A stretch of 64,000 nucleotides of DNA from assembly GCA_001783805.1 (NCBI GenBank), contig MFNS01000005.1, forward strand, positions 1,636 to 65,635, read 5' to 3'. The notes under the pieces were generated by a model. That model had not been told where the DNA came from, did no database searches, and was given only the letters and a program-made list of their open reading frames with translations. The translations under genes and the position numbers were made by a program. This DNA is from Candidatus Levybacteria bacterium RIFCSPHIGHO2_01_FULL_40_16. Lineage in GTDB: Bacteria; Patescibacteriota; Microgenomatia; Levybacterales; UBA12049. Of the stretch, positions 36,751-45,622 are shown in pieces (the stretch's first letter is position 1; each line of letters starts with the position of its first letter).

Positions 36751-37084
36751 GCAATGATTATTTTAAATTTGACATGAGACTTATAGCGTGGCATAAGCTG
36801 TTCATGGGAAAAGCAGAAATCTTAGAAAGAATTAATAGGCTAGGGCAGAATCTATTCCAGAGAGCAAGATCTAAGGAAAAAACGCTCCCAAAGAAAATCC
36901 CTACGAAAGGATAAAGGTAATATATGAATAGTTGCCCAAAAATTCAGATTCGATTGTAAGTACAAAAACTTTATTGATTAAGAACAAATCAGGCCGAAAA
37001 TCAAAGATTTACTTTTATCCATCTATTTGTTCGGATTCGATGTATGCTCAGACGGGCTGAGTTGGAAAGTTAACTAATTTTTTT

Positions 37085-37282
37085 ACTTACTTTTGACCGC
37101 AAAAGTAACAAAACTCTGCGAGCGGTAAAGTCGCGCTACATTTTTTCGCTCGTTTTGTCGGGTGATTTGCACCCCCTCCTCGATTCCGATCGAATCGGAA
37201 CGAGGAATCCCCCTGACAACTCGCTCAAAAATGCCTCCTGCCTGCCGGCAGGCAGGTAACGCGCTTTGTTTAATGCTCGCAC
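37085..37282 (+). repeat. Structured dispersed repeat, copy C
   Basis: First hairpin TTACTTTTGACCGCAAAAGTAA (G-C to T-A covariation relative to other copies). GGGTGATTTGCACCC and CCTCG...CGAGG stems enclose an internal hairpin TTCCGATCGAATCGGAA. Ends CGCTTTGTTTAATGCTCGCAC, followed immediately by R-family copy R3. Confidence 0.7.
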
Positions 37283-37293
37283 TTATTTTTAAT

Positions 37294-39033
37294 TTAATTA
37301 ACCGTTTGGGAGAGTTTGGAGAGCGGCGTTGCGGTGGGCCTTGGGGCATCATAAGATGGTTTAACTGCATCTGTAGCCGGAAGCGAAAAAGAAAAGGTCG
37401 TGCCTTGTCCCGGAACGGATTTTACCCATATCCTTCCCTCGTGTGATTCAATGATCCCCTTGACCAGATAAAGTCCCAGTCCCGTACCCATGGTAGTAAT
37501 TTCTTCGGACGTATTTTTGGCCTGCGTATACTTGGAGAAAAGCAATTTTTGCTGTTCGGGCGAGAGTCCGACTCCGTTGTCCGAGACGGAAACCACAATA
37601 TATTTGTCCAGACTTAAAAACTCTCCCATCGGCGATATGCCGTCCAAAACCGGAGGAATAGTTTTGTAGTCTATTTCAACCTTTATTTTTCCTCCCTCCG
37701 GGGTGAATTTGAGGCTGTTTGACAATAAATTATCAATTACCTGGCTGATTCTTATTTCATCAAAAGAAATTTCCGGCAGAGATTTCGTAGCAACATTGAA
37801 GCTCAAGGAAATATTTTTCCGCTCTGCCTGAGGCGTAAAAGTTTGAATTTCATCTTTAATTAATTTGGCAATATCGCCTTTGGTTTTTTGCAGAACTAAT
37901 TTTCCCGCATCAAGCTTGGCAGTATCCAAAATCGAACCGATTTGTCCCAGAACTTTTTTTGCCTGCTGATGGATAATTTCCAAGAATTTTAATTTTTTGT
38001 CTTCCTCAAGAGTATCTTTGGACGTAACAATCAATTCTGCCGAATCTTTGATGGTTGTAACCGGCGCGCGTAATTCATGAACCATAATGTGGATCAAGTC
38101 TTCTTTCAGCAACTCTTTCTTTTTGTAGTCCGTCATGTCATGCAGGATAACCGATATCCGATCGTTTGGCATTGGATTTATAAAGATATTTAAGATATTG
38201 TTATTAACTTGAATTTCTTTGGCAAACTGTGGCTTTTTACTAATTAAAACTTCATTGATTTTGTTTCCCAAGTTGAAATTTTGCCCAAAAACATTTAAGA
38301 CATCAAAAAAATCAGCATTTAAGTTCACTCCCAAGATTTTTTTTGCGGAATCATTAATTATCAATAAGTTATTTTTACTGTCAGCCATAATGATTCCGTC
38401 ATTTATGCTCATAATTAATGAAGAGAATTTTTCTGTTTCCGAATCAACGGCCCGGCTAAAATGCGTTAAGGCCGATTGAGCCGTATCGATTAGCTCATGC
38501 AGATCTCCCATATCGGAGTAAGCATTTTCCGCAGTTGAGGATAGATAGATGAGAGCCAAGACTTTGTTGTTGGCAATAAGGGGTAGATGAAAAGATGATG
38601 AGTAGATTGATTTAACGGTATTATCTATAGGTATCCCGTACATCTGTCTGTCGATTTTCAAGGGCAGTTTGCCAACGAGTTTTTCAAATGAAGACAGCAT
38701 GTCTTCCTCAAGTTTTTTTACGTATTCCGGTCCAACCTGATCTTCGCAATAAATTTTAAAAACAATCCGTGCATCTTTTACCACCATGGATGCTGTTGCG
38801 GAATAACTAAAAAAATTCCGCAAGGAAACAATGATAATGTCAACTACTTTTTCGGGATCGGTTGAGTAAGCTATTTTTTCTTGAATCTCTTTAATTACGG
38901 ACAGCTTGTAAATCCTATCTTCTTCCTTCTTCCTTGTCCCAAGAGAAGCTTTCTGTAGCTTGTCATTTTCCAAAGATAGAAGAACAGCAATTAACCACCC
39001 TATTAGGAGGGTGATAAAAAAAGCAATTTCCAT
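37294..39033 (-). CDS. Sensor histidine kinase (N-terminal TM, PAS-like, HisKA, HATPase_c)
   Basis: H-box HELRAPVTTIKDSAELI; N/G boxes DNGVGLSPEQQ...GTGLGLYLVKGIIESHEGRIWVKSVPGQGTTFSF. The last ~18 codons and the stop codon are encoded by R-family repeat R3. Confidence 0.9.
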   Translation of the reverse strand: MEIAFFITLLIGWLIAVLLSLENDKLQKASLGTRKKEEDRIYKLSVIKEIQEKIAYSTDPEKVVDIIIVSLRNFFSYSATASMVVKDARIVFKIYCEDQVGPEYVKKLEEDMLSSFEKLVGKLPLKIDRQMYGIPIDNTVKSIYSSSFHLPLIANNKVLALIYLSSTAENAYSDMGDLHELIDTAQSALTHFSRAVDSETEKFSSLIMSINDGIIMADSKNNLLIINDSAKKILGVNLNADFFDVLNVFGQNFNLGNKINEVLISKKPQFAKEIQVNNNILNIFINPMPNDRISVILHDMTDYKKKELLKEDLIHIMVHELRAPVTTIKDSAELIVTSKDTLEEDKKLKFLEIIHQQAKKVLGQIGSILDTAKLDAGKLVLQKTKGDIAKLIKDEIQTFTPQAERKNISLSFNVATKSLPEISFDEIRISQVIDNLLSNSLKFTPEGGKIKVEIDYKTIPPVLDGISPMGEFLSLDKYIVVSVSDNGVGLSPEQQKLLFSKYTQAKNTSEEITTMGTGLGLYLVKGIIESHEGRIWVKSVPGQGTTFSFSLPATDAVKPSYDAPRPTATPLSKLSQTVN

Positions 39034-39167
39034 AGACGTTTAGTTTCAATCCGCCTTCGTTCTAACGAACTTCGGCGAGATTTAAGCTCGATATATAAAA
39101 GTTTCGCAAATACCAAGAGAGATTGCAAGGGCTTTGCCGAGTCTAACTCGGCTTTGCCCTTGGAGCT

Positions 39168-39515
39168 TCAAGCGGATTTATGTTTTGACAGAGTTTCAAG
39201 TTTATCTCCCATATTTTTACTTCCGATGACAATAATGTAAGCCCCAAGCACAAAGAAGACTTGCCGGACGATTAATAAAAGACTAAGCGATGAGGGATTG
39301 TTTGAGGCTTGAACATATATTTCAATAGCATCGATGATGATTCCTAAAGCTAAAACGAATACTCCGATTCCGATTGTTCTAAATCCCATTGACAGAATTC
39401 CTGTGACAAAACGCCTGATGAAACGGGCCATGATTACTGCGGCGGCAATTGCTGCAAAAGCAGAGATAAAAGAAGCTGCTTCAATTAGAATTGGCAACAG
39501 TTTGGCGTAATTCAT
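39168..39515 (-). CDS. Small 3-TM membrane protein located between the kinase and the response regulator
   Basis: Three hydrophobic helices, 115 aa. Confidence 0.45.
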   Translation of the reverse strand: MNYAKLLPILIEAASFISAFAAIAAAVIMARFIRRFVTGILSMGFRTIGIGVFVLALGIIIDAIEIYVQASNNPSSLSLLLIVRQVFFVLGAYIIVIGSKNMGDKLETLSKHKSA

Positions 39516-39526
39516 TTATAATATAA

Positions 39527-39928
39527 TTACATTTTAAGAGCTTGTTTTACTTTGTTAACCAGATCCTGGGGTTCAACTTGATATTTAAAGATATAGTCCA
39601 TAGCTCCGTTATTGATTGCTTCTTTGACCAATTCTTCCTGTGAAAAATTTGAGAGTATAAGAACCGGAATATTTTGTGTATCTGAGTCCATTTTTAGAGT
39701 CCGCAAGACTTCATTACCGGAGATGTCCGGAAGAACTTGATCCAAGAGTATCAGATCGGGTTTCTCCGAACGGGCCTTGTCAAGACCACTTTTTCCGTTC
39801 AAAGCAAAAATAGTTTCAAAACCGGCTTTTTGCAGCGCAGTTTCAAAAACCGCGCTTAGATTTTCATCATCATCAATAATCAAAACCTTCACTACCATCA
39901 GGCTATCAGTTACGCCAAGTCTTGTCAA
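39527..39928 (-). CDS. Response regulator, receiver domain only (CheY-like)
   Basis: VLIIDDDENL...KPDLILLDQVLPDISG...with conserved Asp, Thr and Lys positions. No output domain. Confidence 0.9.
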   Translation of the reverse strand: MTRLGVTDSLMVVKVLIIDDDENLSAVFETALQKAGFETIFALNGKSGLDKARSEKPDLILLDQVLPDISGNEVLRTLKMDSDTQNIPVLILSNFSQEELVKEAINNGAMDYIFKYQVEPQDLVNKVKQALKM

Positions 39929-40025
39929 TCCCTCTTCGTCGCTCCGCCGCTGAAGCTTTGAAGCGCAAGCGGCAAGACTTCGGATAGGGATTGATGCCTC
40001 CGTAGCCTCTGGCGAAGGGGTATCA

Positions 40026-41879
40026 ATGGGTTTTTACTATGTTTGTGATAAAATAAATATTGCGATGGATATAAAAGCGGAAATCATTTCGGTTATTAAG
40101 CAGTCTTTGGGGGAATTTACAAAGGAAAGAATCGAATTTTTGGTTGAAGAGCCGGAAAATGAAAGTTTTGGCGACTACTCGTCGAACATCGCACTTGCTC
40201 TGTTCTCAAAATCAAAAATCAAAAATCAAAAATCAAAAACACAGTTCAAAATTCAAAAGTTAAGAAGTCCCCCGGAGTTGGCACAAGAAATTATAGATAA
40301 ATTCATAATTCATGATTCGCAATTCATGATTCATTTTGACCGAGTTGAAGCAGTGAAGCCGGGATTTATCAATTTCTATCTCTCGCAAGATTATTTATTT
40401 TCACAACTGACAAGAATTTTGGAAGAAAAAGAAAAATTTGGTTCTAAAAGTGAAAATCCGAACAAGAAAGTTGTTGTTGAGTATTCCTCGCCAAATATAG
40501 CTAAACCCTTTACTGTTGGTCATCTTCGGTCAACAATTATCGGAGACGCCATCGCCAATTTGTTGCAAGCAAACGGGTGGAAAGTTTACCGGGATAATCA
40601 TCTGGGAGACTGGGGAACACAATTCGGAAAACAAATTTATGCCATCAAAACTTGGGGAGATGAAAACGAAATTAACAAAGTTGAGAATCCGGTCAGGGAA
40701 TTGGTGGCTTTATATGTCAAGTTTCACGAGGAAGCGGAAAGGAATCCGAAATTAGAAGAAAAAGCGCGGGAATGGTTTAAAAAGCTTGAAGACGGAGATG
40801 TAGAAGCGAGAAGACTTTGGAAAAAATGCGTTGAATGGTCGCTTGTGGAATTTAAAAAGATTTATGAAAAACTGAGAGTTGAATTTACGGAAAACAATGG
40901 ACTGGGTTATGGGGAAGCCTTTTTCGAAGATAGAATGACAGGAGTAATTAGGGAGCTTAAAGAAAAAAAATTACTCAAAAAAGGAGAACGGGGAGCGGAA
41001 TTGGTTTTCTTTGAAAAAGATAAATATCCGCCTCTAATGATTCTAAAGCAGGATGGAGCAACTTTGTATGCAACCCGGGACTTGGCAACGGACAAATTTA
41101 GGCTAGATAAATATGGAAAAGATATTGTCATAATCAACGAAGTTGGAGTAGAGCAGGCTTTATATTTCCGGCAGCTTTTTAAGGTTGAAAAAATGCTGGG
41201 GTGGGTTAAGGAAGGGCAGAGAATTCACAAAAGACATGGCTTGTATAGATTCAAAGACCAAAAAATGTCCACGCGCAAGGGGAATACAATTTGGCTTGAA
41301 GAAGTTTTGCAAGAAGCGGTTAAAAGAGCGGAAAAACTTGGTTCGGAAAATAAGGAAATAGCGGAAGAAGTTGGAATTGGGGCAATTAAGTGGAATGATT
41401 TGAAAAGAACTTCGGAACAAGATATTGTTTTTGACTGGGACGAAATTCTCAATATGCAGGGAGATTCCGGACCGTATTTGCAGTATGCGTTCGCAAGAAC
41501 GCAGAGCGTTCTTTTGAAAGCAACAAGTGATAAGAAAAAAGAAGCAAGTAGCAAAAATAAAATTAAAAATGAGATTGGCCTTGCAAGGATAATGCTTGCA
41601 AGGCCTCTCCTTGCAAGACTAGAGACGGAAGAGATTTCATTATTGCGGGCGTTGAATAGATTTCCGGAAGCGGTTAGTCAGGCGGGGGAGAAGTTTGCGC
41701 CGAATATTTTGTGCAATTATTTGTTTGGTCTGGCTCAAAAGTTTAATTTGTTTTACCAAAAACATAAGATCATTGGCTCGGAAAATCAGGATTTTCGCCT
41801 TAAACTAACTGCCGGAGTCGGGCAAATCATCAGAACAGGTCTCAACCTTTTGGGGATTGCTGCGCCGGAGAAGATATAG
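40026..41879 (+). CDS. argS: Arginyl-tRNA synthetase
   Basis: The Arg_tRNA_synt_N region, class I core (SSPNIAKPFTVGHLRSTIIGD) and C-terminal DALR anticodon-binding domain are present. It carries in-frame insertions derived from the (AAATCAA)n microsatellite and from a CCTTGCAAGG palindrome. Confidence 0.95.
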   Translation: MGFYYVCDKINIAMDIKAEIISVIKQSLGEFTKERIEFLVEEPENESFGDYSSNIALALFSKSKIKNQKSKTQFKIQKLRSPPELAQEIIDKFIIHDSQFMIHFDRVEAVKPGFINFYLSQDYLFSQLTRILEEKEKFGSKSENPNKKVVVEYSSPNIAKPFTVGHLRSTIIGDAIANLLQANGWKVYRDNHLGDWGTQFGKQIYAIKTWGDENEINKVENPVRELVALYVKFHEEAERNPKLEEKAREWFKKLEDGDVEARRLWKKCVEWSLVEFKKIYEKLRVEFTENNGLGYGEAFFEDRMTGVIRELKEKKLLKKGERGAELVFFEKDKYPPLMILKQDGATLYATRDLATDKFRLDKYGKDIVIINEVGVEQALYFRQLFKVEKMLGWVKEGQRIHKRHGLYRFKDQKMSTRKGNTIWLEEVLQEAVKRAEKLGSENKEIAEEVGIGAIKWNDLKRTSEQDIVFDWDEILNMQGDSGPYLQYAFARTQSVLLKATSDKKKEASSKNKIKNEIGLARIMLARPLLARLETEEISLLRALNRFPEAVSQAGEKFAPNILCNYLFGLAQKFNLFYQKHKIIGSENQDFRLKLTAGVGQIIRTGLNLLGIAAPEKI

Positions 41880-42201
41880 GGGTTTTTATCAAATCAAGAT
41901 ATTTTTCAGGTCTGCCTTCCTCTGTCATTCTGGTCGGGAAAATAATTGCAAAACCTTTATGTCTTAACCAGCCATTAACGCGGGAAACTGTTCCTCGCGC
42001 ATTACAATGTCCAACGCACATGTCTTTTTCATTAAGCGCATTAAATTTTTTCTCAAAAATTGCAAACGCTGTTTTTGCTGTTGCCATTTCTAGGCACATT
42101 TTTGCCTTTGGGTTTTTTGCGATATAGCATTGACCGTCTGGAAGAACAATTTTCTCTTCTATATAATTTTCTTTAGCTTGAGTTGCTCTTTCTTGGCTCA
42201 T
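41842..42201 (-). CDS. Hypothetical Cys-containing protein (119 aa)
   Basis: ORF with four Cys, including a DMCVGHCNARG segment. It is preceded by the same promoter element as the next gene. Confidence 0.5.
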   Translation of the reverse strand: MSQERATQAKENYIEEKIVLPDGQCYIAKNPKAKMCLEMATAKTAFAIFEKKFNALNEKDMCVGHCNARGTVSRVNGWLRHKGFAIIFPTRMTEEGRPEKYLDLIKTPISSPAQQSPKG

Positions 42202-42212
42202 ATTACCAATAT

Positions 42213-42252
42213 GGATTATACCAAAGAGTACTCCTGATTGTCATTTTTTGGA
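42213..42252 (-). promoter_or_regulatory. Conserved promoter element (ATGACA-18-TATAAT on the minus strand), copy 1
   Basis: GGATTATACCAAAGAGTACTCCTGATTGTCATTTTTTGG; its reverse complement gives -35 ATGACA, an 18-nt spacer and -10 TATAAT, ending 11 nt before the ATG of 41842..42201. Near-identical to 43011..43050. Confidence 0.5.
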
Positions 42253-42258
42253 GAAAAG

Positions 42259-42999
42259 TTATTGAAAATGGTTTGAGGTATTTCTTATTCGAATGAAGTG
42301 CTCACCTTGACCGTTAGGCTCTTTGTCTACGAAAATTTCCACATCTATAATCCTTAGGCCGGTATTAACAGTGGCAGTTCGCTGTTCTATCACATTACGC
42401 GGTAATAATGAACCCGGATTTTGCCTAATAAGTTCTTGCAGCCAAGCTTCCCTTGTGTGGCCTTCTTTGGAGGTAACCTTTTCTAATAATATTCTTGTTT
42501 TGGGATTGCTGGGAGTATACAATCTGCCGTTTACAAGGATACCTGAATTTTTTGGATAAACCATTTTTCTCCCCCTTTTAACGGGTTGTTTATTTTCTTG
42601 TTTGTTTAAGTGGTAAGCGCGGTCAACCGCTTTTGGTTTTCCTTCCGGAGAGTTTTGGTAAACAGTTTCCCATTTATAGTCCCATTTGGTATTGTTCCTC
42701 AAGGTTCCGCTTAGCGTGTCAACGATCATCATTGCTTTTCTTCTTAACTTTTCTCCGGCTAACTTTGAATTATCTTTTGTATTAGCATTATAAATTTCTC
42801 CTATTTGGGACAGAAAAATTTTATGTTCGGGAACACCTAATGATTGCCGAAAAACTTTTGCGCCTGTGCTTCCCCGTCTTAGCGTAAATTTCTCTCCGTC
42901 CGGTAAAGTAAAAGTATCAAGTGGGGGTCCTGATTTACCTTTTTCTCTGTGCGGATTTACCTCCTCCACGCCAATTATTTTTATTTGCTCTGCAGCCAT
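42259..42999 (-). CDS. Hypothetical protein (246 aa)
   Basis: Clean ORF with no family I can name. It has its own copy of the conserved promoter. Confidence 0.5.
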   Translation of the reverse strand: MAAEQIKIIGVEEVNPHREKGKSGPPLDTFTLPDGEKFTLRRGSTGAKVFRQSLGVPEHKIFLSQIGEIYNANTKDNSKLAGEKLRRKAMMIVDTLSGTLRNNTKWDYKWETVYQNSPEGKPKAVDRAYHLNKQENKQPVKRGRKMVYPKNSGILVNGRLYTPSNPKTRILLEKVTSKEGHTREAWLQELIRQNPGSLLPRNVIEQRTATVNTGLRIIDVEIFVDKEPNGQGEHFIRIRNTSNHFQ

Positions 43000-43010
43000 A
43001 TTGTAGATAC

Positions 43011-43050
43011 GGATTATAGCAGAAAATACTCCCGATTGTCATTTTTTGGG
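43011..43050. promoter_or_regulatory. Conserved promoter element, copy 2; apparent face-to-face divergent promoters sharing the -35 hexamer
   Basis: GGATTATAGCAGAAAATACTCCCGATTGTCATTTTTTGGGG. The minus strand reads ATGACA-18-TATAAT. The plus strand reads TTGTCA-16-TAGAAT, ending 9 nt before the ATG of the M16 peptidase, which would give a near-leaderless mRNA. Confidence 0.45.
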
Positions 43051-43069
43051 GATTTGGTAGAATGAGAAC

Positions 43070-44344
43070 ATGAATTTTCATAGGAAGGTTTTGGCTAATG
43101 GCTTGCGCGTCTTGACTATTCCCATGCCCTCATTTGAGTCTGCTACAGTGATGGTCATGGTTGGGGCAGGGAGCCGTTATGAAACCCGGCTTAACAGTGG
43201 GATATCTCATTTTCTAGAACACATGGCTTTTAAGGGGACAGAGAAGCGTCCAACAGCCATGGAAATCTCCAGTCTGATCGACGGAATGGGAGGAGAATTC
43301 AATGCCTCAACCGGCAAGGAAGCGACTGCTTTTTACATCAAATCCGAAGCAAGCAAAGCAGAACTTTCCTTAGATGTGCTATCGGACATGCTGAAAAATT
43401 CCAAACTTGATTCCGGCGAAATTGAAAAAGAAAAAGGCGTGATTATTGAAGAGATCAACATGTGCGAAGACAATCCCATGAGAGATATCGGTGATGTTTA
43501 TGAGCGCTTGGTATATGGAGATACGCCGTTGGGGTGGAATATTGCCGGAGAAAAAGAGATTGTCAAAAAAGTGACTCGGGAAGATTTCATTAGCTACATT
43601 AAAAGCCTATATAGTCCGCATAACATAACAGTGGTCATTGCAGGCGGAATTGAGAGTAAAAAAGCCGTGGAATTAGTAGAAAAATATCTGGGAGATATGA
43701 AGAAGTTTGATACATTACGATATGATGAGTATGCAGAATTACAAATAAAACCGGAAATTTTTGTCAAGACCAAGAAAACCGAGCAAGTGCATATCGCAAT
43801 TGGCTTTAAAACCGTAAAAAATGAACATCCTGATAAATATCCTCTGGAGGTTTTGGCCGCAATCTTGGGCGGAGGAATGAGTTCCAGGCTTTTTCATGAA
43901 GTCAGAGAGAAAAGGGGAATGGGGTATTATATTGGAACCGGTTCCGAAGCTTATCAGGATGCGGGAAGTTTAATCACCACAGCCGGAATTGATCCTAAAA
44001 GAGTCAAGGAAGCGCTTAAAATTATTCTTGAAGAACACCAAAAAATCTCAAATCTCAAATCTCAAATCTCAAAAAGCGAGTTGAAAAAGGCAAAGGAATA
44101 CTTGAAGGGACATATGGTTTTGGGGCTTGAGAACAGCCGGTCGGTGGCGTATTACTACGCCGTACAGGAGCTTTTGGAGAAAAAAATTGACAATCCTGAC
44201 AAAATAATGAAAAAAATAGATGCCGTAACTGTTGAGCAAATTAAAAATGTAGCGAAAAAATATTTTGTTGAGAAAAATTTAAACATAGCCATCATCGGAA
44301 ATTTTACTTCTGGACAAGAGTTTCAAAACTTGCTAAAGTTATAA
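43070..44344 (+). CDS. M16-family zinc peptidase (insulinase-like)
   Basis: Inverted zinc motif HFLEHMAFKGT (HxxEH). It contains a KISNLKSQISKSELKK insertion encoded by the (TCTCAAA)n repeat. Confidence 0.9.
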   Translation: MNFHRKVLANGLRVLTIPMPSFESATVMVMVGAGSRYETRLNSGISHFLEHMAFKGTEKRPTAMEISSLIDGMGGEFNASTGKEATAFYIKSEASKAELSLDVLSDMLKNSKLDSGEIEKEKGVIIEEINMCEDNPMRDIGDVYERLVYGDTPLGWNIAGEKEIVKKVTREDFISYIKSLYSPHNITVVIAGGIESKKAVELVEKYLGDMKKFDTLRYDEYAELQIKPEIFVKTKKTEQVHIAIGFKTVKNEHPDKYPLEVLAAILGGGMSSRLFHEVREKRGMGYYIGTGSEAYQDAGSLITTAGIDPKRVKEALKIILEEHQKISNLKSQISKSELKKAKEYLKGHMVLGLENSRSVAYYYAVQELLEKKIDNPDKIMKKIDAVTVEQIKNVAKKYFVEKNLNIAIIGNFTSGQEFQNLLKL

Positions 44345-44416
44345 TTAGACTACAGTCTACAGGCTACGGGCTGCAGCTTGATGCGGTGGACCGTAGGCGG
44401 TAGTCAGTAGACGAGT

Positions 44417-44884
44417 ATGGAGCGTTCTGTTGTTTTGGTCAAACCTGATGGCGTGCAAAGAGGGCTAATCGGAGAGGTAATCCATCGGTTTGAAAGAAAA
44501 GGTCTGAAATTGATCGGTCTGAAAATGATCTGCTTAAACGATGCTGTTCTGGATGAATGGTACGTTCATCACAAAGATAAGCCTTTCTTCGGGGGATTGA
44601 AGTCTTACATGAAATCATATCCGGTAATTGCCATGCTTCTGGAGGGGAAAGATGTAGTTGCGACAGTCAGAAAAATGATTGGGATTACCCGCGCACGTGA
44701 TGCGGAGCCTGGGACTATCAGAGGGGATTTTGCCATGAGCCAGCAATACAATCTCATTCATGCTTCGGAAAGCATTGAAATTGCCAAAAAAGAGCAGGGT
44801 TTAATTTTTGATAAAGAAGAAATCTTTGAGTGGGATAAAAAAGATCTCAAAAACATCTACCTAGAGGACGAATTAAAAGGATAG
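44417..44884 (+). CDS. ndk: Nucleoside diphosphate kinase
   Basis: ERSVVLVKPDGVQRGLIGEVIHRFERKGLKLIGLKM... plus an active-site His region (NLIHASES). Confidence 0.9.
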   Translation: MERSVVLVKPDGVQRGLIGEVIHRFERKGLKLIGLKMICLNDAVLDEWYVHHKDKPFFGGLKSYMKSYPVIAMLLEGKDVVATVRKMIGITRARDAEPGTIRGDFAMSQQYNLIHASESIEIAKKEQGLIFDKEEIFEWDKKDLKNIYLEDELKG

Positions 44885-44909
44885 CTTTGTTATCTGATCT
44901 TTATTTTTC

Positions 44910-45077
44910 TTGTACTTTTGACCGCAAAAGTACCAAAACTCTGCGAGCGGTAAAGTCGCGCTAAAATTATCTCGTTCGCTAGTCGGGTGATTTGCACCCC
45001 CTCCTCGACAAGTTTGCGAGGAATCCCCCTGACAGCTCACTTGACAATTTCTTGACGCGCTTTGTTTAATACTCGCA
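44910..45077 (+). repeat. Structured dispersed repeat, copy D
   Basis: TTGTACTTTTGACCGCAAAAGTACC...TCGGGTGATTTGCACCCCCTCCTCGACAAGTTTGCGAGGAATCCCCCTGACAGCTCAC...CGCGCTTTGTTTAATACTCGCA. Confidence 0.7.
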
Positions 45078-45226
45078 TTTTTAAATTATTCATGCATTCA
45101 ACTGCGAACGACGGTCAATTTTTTTTGAGACGAGGAAAATTGCAAAGAGTATTAATTCAACCAAAACGCAGCATTGACCAAAGGCGTGCAGGTCTTGATC
45201 TCAAAATTTTCTGCTAGAATAAGTTC

Positions 45227-45580
45227 ATGGATCAGAAGTGGAAAATCTTATACTACAAAACTTCACAGGGAACTGATCCTGTTCATGATTTTATCGATAG
45301 CCTAGATGAAAAGATAAAAGCAAAGATTATAGATGCGCTAGATTTGCTCGAAGAATTTGGGGTAAGGCTAGGATTACCTCATGCCAAAAAACTAACAGGA
45401 ACTCCTTTATGGGAACTTCGGGTCGTTGGAAGCGGCAACATTAGAATTTTCTACGTTGCTGTCGTTAGTAAAACTTTTCTTCTGCTTCATGGTTTCCAAA
45501 AGAAAAAACAGAAAACAAACAGGAAAGAAATCAAAATAGCCATTTTTAGATTAAAAGAACATGTTGAGCGGTCAAAATAG
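45227..45580 (+). CDS. Type II toxin, HigB/RelE-like (Gp49/DUF891-type), paralogue
   Basis: LGLPHAKKLTGTPLWELRVVGSGNIRIFYV shares its motif with 943..1260. Confidence 0.7.
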   Translation: MDQKWKILYYKTSQGTDPVHDFIDSLDEKIKAKIIDALDLLEEFGVRLGLPHAKKLTGTPLWELRVVGSGNIRIFYVAVVSKTFLLLHGFQKKKQKTNRKEIKIAIFRLKEHVERSK

Positions 45581-45622
45581 GTTCTTGCAATTATTACAAT
45601 ATTGTGATAATGTTATATTATT

